A stretch of DNA of 64,000 nt, taken from the NCBI GenBank assembly GCA_964435565.1, contig CAYSZR010000002.1, forward strand, positions 102-64,101. The letters are read 5' to 3'. The notes beneath the pieces were generated by a model. It was not told the DNA's origin, did not search any database, and saw only the letters and a program-made list of their open reading frames with translations. This DNA is from an uncultured Coriobacteriaceae bacterium. GTDB lineage: Bacteria > Actinomycetota > Coriobacteriia > Coriobacteriales > QAMH01. Below, one piece after another: positions 34,830 through 44,554 of this stretch; the stretch's first letter is position 1; each line of letters starts with the position of its first letter. A program made the translations under genes and the position numbers.

Positions 34830-36050
34830 ATGAATCAAGAAGAGCTTACCTACATCGATGGGGGCGTCACGGCGCCAGCTGGAATCAAGGCGGCAGGCGT
34901 CCATGCGGGTTTTCGCAAGGATCCGCAGCGCTTGGATGCAGCGCTTGTCGTGGCCGACGGCCCCGAGGTCGTTGCCTGTGGCATGTTCACCAAGAATGTC
35001 TTTTCCGCTGCTCCGGTGCAGCTTGACCGCGAGCTTGTCGGTTCTGGCAAGGCGCGGGCGGTCATTCTCAATTCCGGTAACGCGAATGCGGCAACGGGCG
35101 AGCCGGGCCTTGCCCTTGCGCGCAGGTCGGCTAACGAGACTGCCAAGGCGCTTGGCTTTGAGCCCGGCGAAGTCCTGGTTGCCTCAACGGGTGTCATCGG
35201 TGTCGAGCTGCCCTGGGAGCCTTTTGAGGCCGGTATTCCGGCGCTTGTCGATGCGCTTGATGATTGCGGTGGCCACGATGCGGCATGCGCCATCATGACC
35301 ACAGACACGCACCCAAAGGAATGCGCGGTGAGCTTCGAGCTTGACGATGTCACGTATACGATTGGGGGCATGGTCAAGGGTTCGGGGATGATACAGCCGG
35401 ACATGGCCACGATGCTCGCGGTACTGACCACCGATATGCCCATTTCGCGTGCTTCGGCCCGCGAGGCTCTGCGTCGTGCGGTCAATGCTTCGTTCAACAA
35501 GGTCACGGTCGATTCTGACACATCGACCAATGACAGCGTCTTCTTCTTTTCGAGCGGCGTTGCGGCAACTCCATATGACGATGACGAGGCGTTCGAGATA
35601 TTCGCCATCGCACTGCGCGCCGTGTGCGAAGACCTCGCGCGTCAGATCGCTGCCGATGGCGAAGGTGCGACCAAGCTCGTCACTGTTTATGTGCGTGATG
35701 CGAGTAGCGACAAGGATGCGGATTGCGCAGCGCGCACTATAGCGAATTCGCCGCTCGTGAAGACCGCGATCGCCGGCCGCGATTGCAACTGGGGTCGTAT
35801 CGCGGCGGCTCTTGGAAGGAGCGGCGCGAAGTTCAAGCAGCAAGATGTTGATATCGACATTATGGGTATACCGGTGCTACGTGCTGGCTTGCCCTGCGGT
35901 TTTGACGAAGACGACGCCCTGCAGAGGTTCGAGGCGTCTGAAATCGTCATCGATGTTTCGCTCGGTACGCGTGGCGGCTTTGGTACGCGCATCTGGACCT
36001 GCGATCTGACGCATGAGTATATTCACATCAACGCCGATTATCGGAGCTAG
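34830..36050 (+). CDS. argJ: Bifunctional ornithine acetyltransferase / N-acetylglutamate synthase
   Basis: ATMLAVLTTD self-cleavage site, KGSGMI and a C-terminal INADYRS. Confidence 0.95.
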   Translation: MNQEELTYIDGGVTAPAGIKAAGVHAGFRKDPQRLDAALVVADGPEVVACGMFTKNVFSAAPVQLDRELVGSGKARAVILNSGNANAATGEPGLALARRSANETAKALGFEPGEVLVASTGVIGVELPWEPFEAGIPALVDALDDCGGHDAACAIMTTDTHPKECAVSFELDDVTYTIGGMVKGSGMIQPDMATMLAVLTTDMPISRASAREALRRAVNASFNKVTVDSDTSTNDSVFFFSSGVAATPYDDDEAFEIFAIALRAVCEDLARQIAADGEGATKLVTVYVRDASSDKDADCAARTIANSPLVKTAIAGRDCNWGRIAAALGRSGAKFKQQDVDIDIMGIPVLRAGLPCGFDEDDALQRFEASEIVIDVSLGTRGGFGTRIWTCDLTHEYIHINADYRS

Positions 36051-36104
36051 CAAGACGGCTGCAGAAGGCCGCTTCCCAAAAGCGATTCGATGGTGAGGAA
36101 AGAC

Positions 36105-37100
36105 ATGAGGTTTCGTAAAAAATACGAGGAAGTCGAGATAGCCGACATCGACACCCTGCCTAATCAGGTGCGCTCGCGTGTTCTGCTTGACGCGCTGCCG
36201 TGGATCGAGGATATCACCGGCAAGACGGTCGTCATCAAATACGGTGGTGCGGCGATGGTCGCGGGTGGGCTGCGCGATGCCGTGGTCGACGACATCATCA
36301 TGCTCAAGCTCATGGGTGCCAACCCCATTATCGTGCATGGTGGGGGACCAAATATCAACGCGATGCTCGACCGTCTCGACATTCCCACGCGCTTCGAGCA
36401 TGGCCAGCGCGTGACCGATGATGAGACCATGGAGATCGTCAAGATGACGCTCGTGGGTCAGGTAAACCAGGATCTGGTAAGCGCCATCAACCGCCATGGA
36501 TCTGTCGCCGTCGGCTTGAACGGTGCGGATGCCAAGATCATCCAGGCAGAGGCGCTTGACTCGTCGCTTGGCCGCGTGGGCAAGGTCAAATCCATTAACG
36601 CGCGGCTGATCGAGGACTTGCTTGCGGCTGACTATATTCCGGTCATCGCTACGGTTGGTTATGGTGAAGACGGCGACTACAACATCAATGCCGATACGGT
36701 TGCGGGCGAGATTGCGGCAGCTGTCGGCGCGCAGAAGATCGTTTTCATCACCGATGTCGATGGTATCTATACCGATTTTGACGATAAATCGACGCTCGTG
36801 TTGCGCATGGCGCTTTCCGAAGCGGTCGACCTTGCCGAATCCGGAACGATGTCGAGCGGCATGATTCCCAAGATCAATGCATGCGTGACCGCTCTTTCGG
36901 CAGGCGTCAAGAAGGCACACATCATCAACGGCACCGTTCCGCATTCCCTGGTGCTCGAAATCTTTACCGATGCGGGTGTTGGCACGCTTATCGTGCGGCA
37001 CCACGATGATTATATGGACCCCGATTTTGTCGAGGCGCCCGTGAGCAATTTTGCAAGCAAACTCGAACAGTCCATCCAGACCATTGGAAGAGGCGAATAG
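36105..37100 (+). CDS. argB: Acetylglutamate kinase
   Basis: VVIKYGGAAM, VHGGGP and NINAD motifs. The ATG at 36105 follows GAGGAAAG; an alternative ATG is at 36090. Confidence 0.9.
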   Translation: MRFRKKYEEVEIADIDTLPNQVRSRVLLDALPWIEDITGKTVVIKYGGAAMVAGGLRDAVVDDIIMLKLMGANPIIVHGGGPNINAMLDRLDIPTRFEHGQRVTDDETMEIVKMTLVGQVNQDLVSAINRHGSVAVGLNGADAKIIQAEALDSSLGRVGKVKSINARLIEDLLAADYIPVIATVGYGEDGDYNINADTVAGEIAAAVGAQKIVFITDVDGIYTDFDDKSTLVLRMALSEAVDLAESGTMSSGMIPKINACVTALSAGVKKAHIINGTVPHSLVLEIFTDAGVGTLIVRHHDDYMDPDFVEAPVSNFASKLEQSIQTIGRGE

Positions 37101-37101
37101 C

Positions 37102-38322
37102 ATGGGAAAGCAGTTCGATACCGCCAAGACCCTTGATGATACGTACGTCATGCACACCTTCGCGCGTAAACCCGTTGAATTTGTAAGCGGAGCTGGTCAG
37201 TGGCTTATTGATGATGAGGGCAATGAGTATCTCGATTTTCTTTCCGGTATTGGCGTCGTGAGCGTGGGGCATTGCAATACGCGCGTGACGACGGCGCTGG
37301 AAGAGCAGGTCAACAAGCTTTTGCATGTGAGCAACTATTACTATATCGAGCATCGTGGCGAGGTCGCCGAGCGCATCTCGGGTATGCTTGCTGCTGGTGG
37401 CGATGAGGTTTGGCAGACGTTTTTTGCCAATTCCGGTGCCGAGGCCAATGAAGGCGCTATAAAGCTCGCGCGTCTATGGGGCAAGCAGAAACTCGATGGC
37501 GCATACGGCATAATCTCGGCGGTCAGTTCTTTTCATGGCCGTACCCTTGCGACGTTGGCTGCGACTGCGCAGGATAACAAGCAAGATCCGTTTGCTCCGC
37601 TGCCCGCTGGTTTTGGACGCGTCCCGTTTAATGACATCGATGCGCTCGAAGCTGCACTTGACGCGACATACGATGGGACCCGTGCCTGTGCGCTCATGCT
37701 CGAATGCATCCAGGGCGAATCGGGCGTCTGGCCGTGCACGCAAGAGTTTTTGCAGGCGGCGCGCAATATGACGAAAGAGCGCGGGATGCTGCTGATCGTC
37801 GATGAGGTTCAAACCGGTTTTTGCCGCACGGGCGATTTTTTCGCCTTCCAGGGCTATGACATCGAGCCTGATATCGTGACGATGGCCAAGGGTATCGCCG
37901 ACGGGATTCCCATGGGTGCGTTTGCCGCGAAAGCCAACCTTGCTGCGTTGATGCAACCCGGCATGCATGGCACCACGTTTGGCGGCAGCCCGGTTGCCTG
38001 TGCGGCTGCAGATGCGACGACGCAGATTATGTGCGAAGACGGATTCCTGGAGCACGTGGTTCAGATGGGGGAATATCTGCGGGCAGAGCTCGCCGCTCTT
38101 CCGTTTGCGAAAGACGTGCGCGGGCGTGGCCTGATGTGCGGTATGACCCTCGAAAAACCAGTGGCAAACGAGCTCGTGCTCAATGGCTTGCGTCATGGAT
38201 TCGTCCTTAATGCACCCGCTGCTGATATCGTGCGTTTCCTTCCGCCGCTTATCATCGAGAAAGAGGACATCGATCAGCTTGTCGGCGCGCTACCGGCAAT
38301 GTATGCGGAGGTCGCGAAATGA
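37102..38322 (+). CDS. argD: Acetylornithine aminotransferase
   Basis: Class-III aminotransferase with DEVQTGFCRTG and the PLP lysine context (TMAKG). Confidence 0.9.
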   Translation: MGKQFDTAKTLDDTYVMHTFARKPVEFVSGAGQWLIDDEGNEYLDFLSGIGVVSVGHCNTRVTTALEEQVNKLLHVSNYYYIEHRGEVAERISGMLAAGGDEVWQTFFANSGAEANEGAIKLARLWGKQKLDGAYGIISAVSSFHGRTLATLAATAQDNKQDPFAPLPAGFGRVPFNDIDALEAALDATYDGTRACALMLECIQGESGVWPCTQEFLQAARNMTKERGMLLIVDEVQTGFCRTGDFFAFQGYDIEPDIVTMAKGIADGIPMGAFAAKANLAALMQPGMHGTTFGGSPVACAAADATTQIMCEDGFLEHVVQMGEYLRAELAALPFAKDVRGRGLMCGMTLEKPVANELVLNGLRHGFVLNAPAADIVRFLPPLIIEKEDIDQLVGALPAMYAEVAK

Positions 38323-39263
38323 GCGAGAATACCCTTGCAGGGCGCGATTGCCTGCGTCTGCTCGACCTGACTCCCAACGAATTCGCGCTGGTTCTCGATA
38401 CGGCGGCAAAGCAGAAGGCTGACTGGGCGGCTGGTGTCCACGAGGCTCCCTGCGCTGGGAAAGCCGTTGCCATAATCATGGAAAAGCCCAGCTTGCGCAC
38501 GCGCTCGAGTTTCGAGGTCGGCGCCTATCGTCTGGGTGCGCACCCGCTTGTCATGAGCGATAAGCATTCCGCGTTTTCTCGTGGTGAGACCGTGCAGGAC
38601 ACGACACTCGTGCTGGAGCGTTTTGTAGACGCTATCGTGCTGCGCACGTTTGAACAAGAGAAAGTCGCAGAGGTCGCCAAATGGGCAAAGGTGCCCGTCA
38701 TTAACGCGCTTTCCGATGACTTTCATCCATGCCAGGGCCTGGCCGACGCGCTGACGATTCGCGAGCATAAAGGTGCGCTTGCCGGTCTTACGCTTGCCTA
38801 TGTGGGCGACGGCAACAATATGGCGCATACGTATCTTGAGCTTGGCGCGCTTGCGGGGATGCATGTGAGGCTGGGGTGTCCTGCAGGTTATATGCCGGAT
38901 GCGCATGTTGTTGAGGAGTGCAAGAACGTTGCCGCGCAGACGGGGGCGACTCTTGATATCTTCGAAGATCCGCACAGGGCGGTTGCCGGGGCGGATGTTG
39001 TCTTGACGGACACCTGGACCTCGATGGGCGATGAGGCAGAACACGATAAGCGCCTCGCTGCATTCGAGGGCTTCCAGGTGAATGCCGATCTTATGGCAGA
39101 AGCTGCAGATGGCGCGATTTTCATGCATTGCCTTCCCGCGCACCGCGGTGAAGAAGTGACTGACGACGTCATGGACGCTCCGTATTCCGTTATCTTCGAC
39201 GAGGCGGAAAACCGATTGCACGCGCAAAAAGCGCTGCTCTCGCTGTTGATGGGAGCATGTTAA
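38319..39263 (+). CDS. argF: Ornithine carbamoyltransferase
   Basis: PSLRTRSSFE (STRTR-like), HPCQ and HCLPA motifs. ATGA overlap with argD. Confidence 0.9.
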   Translation: MSENTLAGRDCLRLLDLTPNEFALVLDTAAKQKADWAAGVHEAPCAGKAVAIIMEKPSLRTRSSFEVGAYRLGAHPLVMSDKHSAFSRGETVQDTTLVLERFVDAIVLRTFEQEKVAEVAKWAKVPVINALSDDFHPCQGLADALTIREHKGALAGLTLAYVGDGNNMAHTYLELGALAGMHVRLGCPAGYMPDAHVVEECKNVAAQTGATLDIFEDPHRAVAGADVVLTDTWTSMGDEAEHDKRLAAFEGFQVNADLMAEAADGAIFMHCLPAHRGEEVTDDVMDAPYSVIFDEAENRLHAQKALLSLLMGAC

Positions 39264-39265
39264 TC

Positions 39266-39700
39266 ATGGCTGGCATCCGACAGAAACGCCAAGATGTAAT
39301 TCGCATGCTCGTGCGTAGCGAGCATATTCGGACGCAGGCAGAGCTGGTTAGCCGTCTGGGCGAGAACGGCTGCGAAGTGACGCAGGCGACGGTTTCACGC
39401 GATATCACCGATCTGGGCTTGGAGAAGGGCAAAGGCGGCATATATGTATTGCCCGAAGACCACAGGCTTCATGCGCTTGTAACAGGCGCGATGCGCGAAA
39501 CGCGCCGTGCGGGAAACCAGGTGCTTTTGCTATGCGATCCGGGCACGGCTTCGAGTGTTGCTGCTGCTTTAGATGCGGCAAATTGCCCGGGCGTGTTAGG
39601 ATGCATTGCCGGCGATGACACGATCCTCGCGATCTGCGCCGACGACTCATGTGGCAAAGACTTTCAGGCGTCTATGGACGCGTTGCTTATTGCAAGGTAA
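39266..39700 (+). CDS. argR: Arginine repressor
   Basis: The N-terminal wHTH is QAELVSRLGENGCEVTQATVSRDITDLGL. The C-terminal oligomerisation domain has GCIAGDDTIL. Confidence 0.9.
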   Translation: MAGIRQKRQDVIRMLVRSEHIRTQAELVSRLGENGCEVTQATVSRDITDLGLEKGKGGIYVLPEDHRLHALVTGAMRETRRAGNQVLLLCDPGTASSVAAALDAANCPGVLGCIAGDDTILAICADDSCGKDFQASMDALLIAR

Positions 39701-39729
39701 CGAACAGGAATTGTTGAAAGGATACAGGC

Positions 39730-40953
39730 ATGTCTAAGGAAAAGGTTGTTCTTGCATATTCAGGCGGTTTGGATACCTCCGTATGCATCAAGTGGCTGAT
39801 GGAGGAAAAGGGGCTCGACGTTATTGCCGTGACCGGTGATGTTGGACAGGAGCGCCAAGACCTTGAGTTTGTTAAGGCCAAAGCGCTGCAGGTTGGCGCG
39901 ATAGAGGCGCTTGCGATCGACATGCGCGAGGAATACGTCAATGATTTTCTGACCAAGGCGCTTGCGGCCAACTGCATGTACGAGAACAAATATCCGATGG
40001 TATCGGCGCTTTCCCGCCCGGTCATCTCTAAGAACCTGGTTGAGGTAGCGCAAAAGTACGGCGCGAAATACATTGCTCATGGATGCACGGGCAAGGGCAA
40101 CGACCAGGTGCGTTTCGAAGTCGCTATCCAGAGTCTCGACCCGAATATCACCGTTTTGGCTCCGGTGCGCGAGTGGGATCTCCATACGCGCAACGACGAA
40201 ATGGAATATGCCAAGAAGTACGGGATTCCGGTTCCCACGACCAAGGCGTCGCCATATTCGATCGACGACAATCTTTGGGGCCGTGCAATTGAATGCGGCG
40301 AGCTGGAAGACCCGTGGAATGAGCCGCTCGAGGACATCTATACGATGACTACGTCGAGCTATGAGGCTCCCTCGGAAGGCGAATACGTTGTCATGGGCTT
40401 TGATGCAGGCGTGCCCTGTTCGCTCGACGGCGAGATGATGAGCTTCTATGAAATCATCTTGAAGATGAATGAAATCGCTGGCCGCAACGGTTTTGGCCGC
40501 GTTGACATGATCGAGAACCGCCTTGTCGGCGTGAAGAGCCGCGAGTGCTATGAGGTGCCGGGCGCCCTTGCGATTGTTCAGGCTCACAAAGCCCTTGAAG
40601 ACTTGTGTCTCGAACGTGAGCTTTTGCACTTCAAGCCGCTCGTGGAACAGAAATGGTCCGAGCTTGTCTATAACGGACTTTGGTTCTCGCCGCTCAAAGA
40701 AGCGCTCGACGGGTTCTGTTCGACCACGCAGCGCCTTGTTACCGGCGATGTCCGTCTGCGCTTTTTCAAGGGAAGCTGTGTGACGGTCGGACGACGCAGC
40801 AGTTATTCGCTCTATGACTACGGACTGGCGACTTATGACGCAGCTGACACCTTCAATCGCGATAGCGCGGCCGGTTTCATCGATCTGCACGGGCTGTCAA
40901 CGCGCGTCTGGGCAAAGCATCGTCAGGATGAGGGCTTCCCGGGCGTTGTCTAG
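39730..40953 (+). CDS. argG: Argininosuccinate synthase
   Basis: AYSGGLDTS P-loop-like motif and GCTGKGNDQVRFE. Confidence 0.95.
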   Translation: MSKEKVVLAYSGGLDTSVCIKWLMEEKGLDVIAVTGDVGQERQDLEFVKAKALQVGAIEALAIDMREEYVNDFLTKALAANCMYENKYPMVSALSRPVISKNLVEVAQKYGAKYIAHGCTGKGNDQVRFEVAIQSLDPNITVLAPVREWDLHTRNDEMEYAKKYGIPVPTTKASPYSIDDNLWGRAIECGELEDPWNEPLEDIYTMTTSSYEAPSEGEYVVMGFDAGVPCSLDGEMMSFYEIILKMNEIAGRNGFGRVDMIENRLVGVKSRECYEVPGALAIVQAHKALEDLCLERELLHFKPLVEQKWSELVYNGLWFSPLKEALDGFCSTTQRLVTGDVRLRFFKGSCVTVGRRSSYSLYDYGLATYDAADTFNRDSAAGFIDLHGLSTRVWAKHRQDEGFPGVV

Positions 40954-40980
40954 GGGCTGACATAGACACTATTTAGTCAG

Positions 40981-41189
40981 AAATCATACAAACAGTCAGA
41001 GGGATCACTTATTTCGCGACTGTTTGTATGATTTTCTTTATTATCTATGTATATGATTAATAGTTTGAAAAGATAAACGCAGGTCAGAACCTTGCAGTTT
41101 TTACTATATCCGGCTTCTTGAAAAAGGGCCTTCTCAAATCATACAAACAGTCGCGAAAAACATAATTTCCCTGACTGTTTGTATGATTT
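40981..41189. repeat. 209-bp MITE-like nested palindrome (two 54-bp hairpin ends in inverted orientation around an AT-rich core)
   Basis: Hairpin 1 pairs AAATCATACAAACAGTC (40981-40997) with GACTGTTTGTATGATTT (41018-41034). Hairpin 2 pairs 41136-41152 with 41173-41189 using identical 17-bp arms. Loop 2 is approximately the reverse complement of loop 1. Confidence 0.75.
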
Positions 41190-41205
41190 TGGGAGCATTT
41201 TTTGG

Positions 41206-42921
41206 CTAAACGAGCGTTTCTTCGCTTTCGTCGCCCTCTGCGATGGCGCTCTCGGCACTCTTTGCTACCGCTTTATCATGTTCGACGGGGGTGCCGACGG
41301 GCATATTGATGCCCTTAAGCGGAATGCCGCCTTCGATGACAGCGTCGAGGTTGCGATCAACGCGTTCCTCATCCATATAGTGGTCGAATTCGTCATAGAT
41401 GGCCTGCGAGGGTTCTTTGCTCAGCAGCGATACGACGACGATTGCGATGCAACCCAGCAAGAATGCCGGAAGCAATTCATATATGCCGAATATGCCACCA
41501 AGGGGCTTGATAAGGTTGTGCCAGATAAGAACCATAGCTGCGCCGGTGATCATGCCGGCGATCGCGCCCGATTTCGTGGTTCTGCGCCAGTAGAGCGAGA
41601 AGAGTGTGAGCGGGCCAAATGATGCGCCCAAACCTGCCCAGGCATAGCTTACGACGGTGAAGATAACTGAATTCTCATCCCAGGCGACCAAGATGCCGAA
41701 GAGCAGGACGCAGGCGAGCGTGATGCGGCTCACGATGAGCACCTGGTTGTCGGTAGCGTCCTTTTTGAAGATGCCGCGGAAAATGTTTTCTGCAACTGAA
41801 GAGCCGGTTATCAGCAGGTATGCGGATGCAGATGACATGGAGGCGGCAAGAATACCTGAGACGACGACGCCGCACAGGAACGACGGGAGCATCATCTGCG
41901 AAAGCACGATGAAGATGTTCTCGGCGGCTGATTGCGTAAGCAGTTGGGTCGGGATGATGTAGCGGCCGATAATGCCGATCATGACGGCGCAGAACATCGA
42001 GATGACAACCCAGACGATGGCGATGCGGCGCGACATCTTGATCTCAGCGTCGTTGCGGATGCCCATGAAACGGACGAGTACCTGCGGCATGCCGAAGTAG
42101 CCCAATCCCCAGCTCATGGTAGAGATGATGGTCAGGACCCCGTATTGTGCGGGGATGCCAAAGATCGGCGCGCCGTTTTCGACGAGCTGCGTCTTGCTGG
42201 CACCGACCGTGGGCACGGCCGTCATCGTCATTGAGAGGTAGCCGGGTATGTCGGAAAGAAACGCGACCGTGTTGTCGAGGCCGCCTGCCATGGCGATCGA
42301 ACCGATAACGACGACCGAAAGGGCGAAGAACATGAGCGTGCCCTGAAGGAAGTCCGTTGCGACAACAGAAAGGTAGCCGCCGACCATGGTGTACATGAAG
42401 ACGATGATGGCGCCAAACACCATCATGAGCGAATAGTCAACGCCAAAGAGCGTATGGAAGAGTTTGCCGCAGGTCACGAAGCAGCTTCCGGTATATACGC
42501 AGAAGAAGACGAGGATGATGATTGCGGCAATCGTGCCAACGGTGTTTTTAGTGTCGTGGAAACGATTTGAGTAAAAGCCCGGCAAGGTGATGGAATCGTT
42601 GGCCTTTTCCGAATAGCGGCGCAAGCGCTTGGCGACAAGAAGCCAGTTGAGATATGTGCCGATAGCCAGGCCGATAGCCGTCCAACCTACATCTGCGGCA
42701 CCGGTGAAATACGCGAGACCGGGCAATCCCATGAGCAGATACCCCGACATATCCGATGCCTCGGCTGAAAGCGCCGTGAACCATGGACCGACTTGGCGTC
42801 CACCCAAGAAGTATTCCGAAGATGATTTGTTCGAGCGTCGTGCATACGAAAAACCGATGATGAGCACTGCCATGAAATAGATCAAAATGGCAATGATGAC
42901 TGCGATGTCCCCTGAATTCAT
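41206..42921 (-). CDS. putP: Sodium:solute symporter (PutP-like sodium/proline symporter) with a C-terminal extension
   Basis: SSS-family N-terminus (EYFLGGRQVGPWFTALSAEASDMSGYLLMGLPG) and about 13 TM segments. About 70 extra hydrophilic residues sit at the C-terminus. Confidence 0.8.
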   Translation of the reverse strand: MNSGDIAVIIAILIYFMAVLIIGFSYARRSNKSSSEYFLGGRQVGPWFTALSAEASDMSGYLLMGLPGLAYFTGAADVGWTAIGLAIGTYLNWLLVAKRLRRYSEKANDSITLPGFYSNRFHDTKNTVGTIAAIIILVFFCVYTGSCFVTCGKLFHTLFGVDYSLMMVFGAIIVFMYTMVGGYLSVVATDFLQGTLMFFALSVVVIGSIAMAGGLDNTVAFLSDIPGYLSMTMTAVPTVGASKTQLVENGAPIFGIPAQYGVLTIISTMSWGLGYFGMPQVLVRFMGIRNDAEIKMSRRIAIVWVVISMFCAVMIGIIGRYIIPTQLLTQSAAENIFIVLSQMMLPSFLCGVVVSGILAASMSSASAYLLITGSSVAENIFRGIFKKDATDNQVLIVSRITLACVLLFGILVAWDENSVIFTVVSYAWAGLGASFGPLTLFSLYWRRTTKSGAIAGMITGAAMVLIWHNLIKPLGGIFGIYELLPAFLLGCIAIVVVSLLSKEPSQAIYDEFDHYMDEERVDRNLDAVIEGGIPLKGINMPVGTPVEHDKAVAKSAESAIAEGDESEETLV

Positions 42922-43100
42922 GAAATTTCCTCGTCCACATGTGATAGTTACGGCGAGTTATTATAACTTTAGCGTGATAAAGTAGGGCACTCAACTTGAA
43001 GTTATTTCGCCAAAGTGGGCGCAAAGCGTATCTATATGTACCGGGTATCGTCTACAATCAATGCGAATTTCAAACGTGCCGGTTGTTTTAGGGAGGGCAC

Positions 43101-44528
43101 ATGGACAAAACAGAACACGGAAGCGACGCACTGTGGGGTGGCAGATTCGAAGACTCCCCGACGGAGTTTACGCAGGCCTTTGGTGCATCACTGCCGGTAG
43201 ACAGACGCATGTGGGAATCGGATATCGCCGGTTCGAAAGCACATGCGGCGATGCTTGCCAAGCAAGGCGTTATTTCGGATGAGGACGCAGCAGCCATTCG
43301 TGCGGGGCTTGACGACATCGCCGCCCAGATCGAAGCGGGCGATTTCGAGTTCGATATCGACGATGAGGACATCCACATGTCCATCGAGCGCAACCTGACT
43401 GAAGCCATCGGTGCTGCCGGCGGCCGACTGCATACGGGCAGAAGCCGCAACGACCAGGTCGCAACTGATGCGCGTCATCACGCCAAGAGGCTCAGTCATG
43501 GCCTCATGCATCAGGTACTGGATTTGCGCAGCGCCTTGATCGAGGTGGCCGATGCGAACTTCGGTGTCGTGATGCCGGGATACACTCATATGCAGAAGGC
43601 ACAGCCAGTGCTTTTCTCGCATCATATGCTCGCGTACTATTGGATGTTCACGCGTGATTTCACACGGCTGCGTGCGGCATACGATGCGGCCGACACGCTC
43701 GCGCTGGGAAGTGCGGCGCTGGCAGGCACGACGTATCCGCTCGATAGGCAATCTGTTGCTCAAGAGCTCGGGTTCTTGAGCGTTAGCGAGAATAGCATGG
43801 ATGCGGTGAGCGATCGCGATTTCCTGCTTGACCTGAACTATGCATGTTCCGTCGCGATGATGCACCTTTCGCGGCTTTGTGAGGAGCTTATCTACTGGTC
43901 GAGCAACGAATTCAGCTTCATCAGGCTTTCCGATGCGTATTCGACGGGCTCGTCGATTATGCCTCAGAAGAAGAACCCGGATTTCGCCGAGTTGATTCGC
44001 GGCAAGACGGGACGTGTCTATGGCGACCTCATGGGTTTGCTCACAACCATGAAGGGGCTGCCGCTTGCGTACAATAAGGATATGCAAGAGGACAAAGAAG
44101 GCGTCTTCGATGCGGTCGACACGCTTGGCAACGCGTTGATCGTGATGGCGGGCATGATTCGCACCATGCAGGTGAATGCCGACACAATGCGCGAGGGGGC
44201 ACACGGCGGTTTTATGGCGGCAACCGATCTTGCCGATTATCTTGTTGGCCGTGGCGTGCCTTTCCGCGAAGCCCATGCCGTCGTAGGAAAGCTCGTGCTC
44301 GAATGCGAAAAGCGGGGCAAGACCCTGCAGGAGCTGAGCGCGGCAGAGCTCGCCGATATTGACGAGCATTTTGGCCCCGATGCAATCGAAGCTGTCGATA
44401 TCGATAAGGTCGTGCAGCGTCGTACCACCTATGGCGGGACGGGCCATGATGCCGTGAAGGTACAGCTCGAGCATGCGAAAGCGAGCCTTGCCGTCGATAC
44501 CCGATTTGCATTTGAAGGTAGCCTTTAA
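43101..44528 (+). CDS. argH: Argininosuccinate lyase
   Basis: LWGGRF N-terminus, TGRSRNDQV, and the GSSIMPQKKNPD fumarate-lyase signature. Confidence 0.95.
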   Translation: MDKTEHGSDALWGGRFEDSPTEFTQAFGASLPVDRRMWESDIAGSKAHAAMLAKQGVISDEDAAAIRAGLDDIAAQIEAGDFEFDIDDEDIHMSIERNLTEAIGAAGGRLHTGRSRNDQVATDARHHAKRLSHGLMHQVLDLRSALIEVADANFGVVMPGYTHMQKAQPVLFSHHMLAYYWMFTRDFTRLRAAYDAADTLALGSAALAGTTYPLDRQSVAQELGFLSVSENSMDAVSDRDFLLDLNYACSVAMMHLSRLCEELIYWSSNEFSFIRLSDAYSTGSSIMPQKKNPDFAELIRGKTGRVYGDLMGLLTTMKGLPLAYNKDMQEDKEGVFDAVDTLGNALIVMAGMIRTMQVNADTMREGAHGGFMAATDLADYLVGRGVPFREAHAVVGKLVLECEKRGKTLQELSAAELADIDEHFGPDAIEAVDIDKVVQRRTTYGGTGHDAVKVQLEHAKASLAVDTRFAFEGSL

Positions 44529-44536
44529 TTGCAAAA
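44504..44536. repeat. Dispersed hairpin element, copy C, overlapping the argH stop codon
   Basis: ATTTGCATTTGAAGG-TAG-CCTTTAATTGCAAAA. The argH TAA (44526-44528) lies in the right arm. Confidence 0.7.
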
Positions 44537-44554
44537 GTCTAGAAATGAATACTT

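Noticed and set aside
42922-43100. Small palindromes (AGTTATTATAACT, AACTTGAAGTT) in the putP/argH divergent region, considered as ARG boxes or a PutR operator.
   Set aside because: They are short, AT-rich and unlike the TGCAT sites upstream of argC. Chance palindromes cannot be distinguished from real sites without comparative data.
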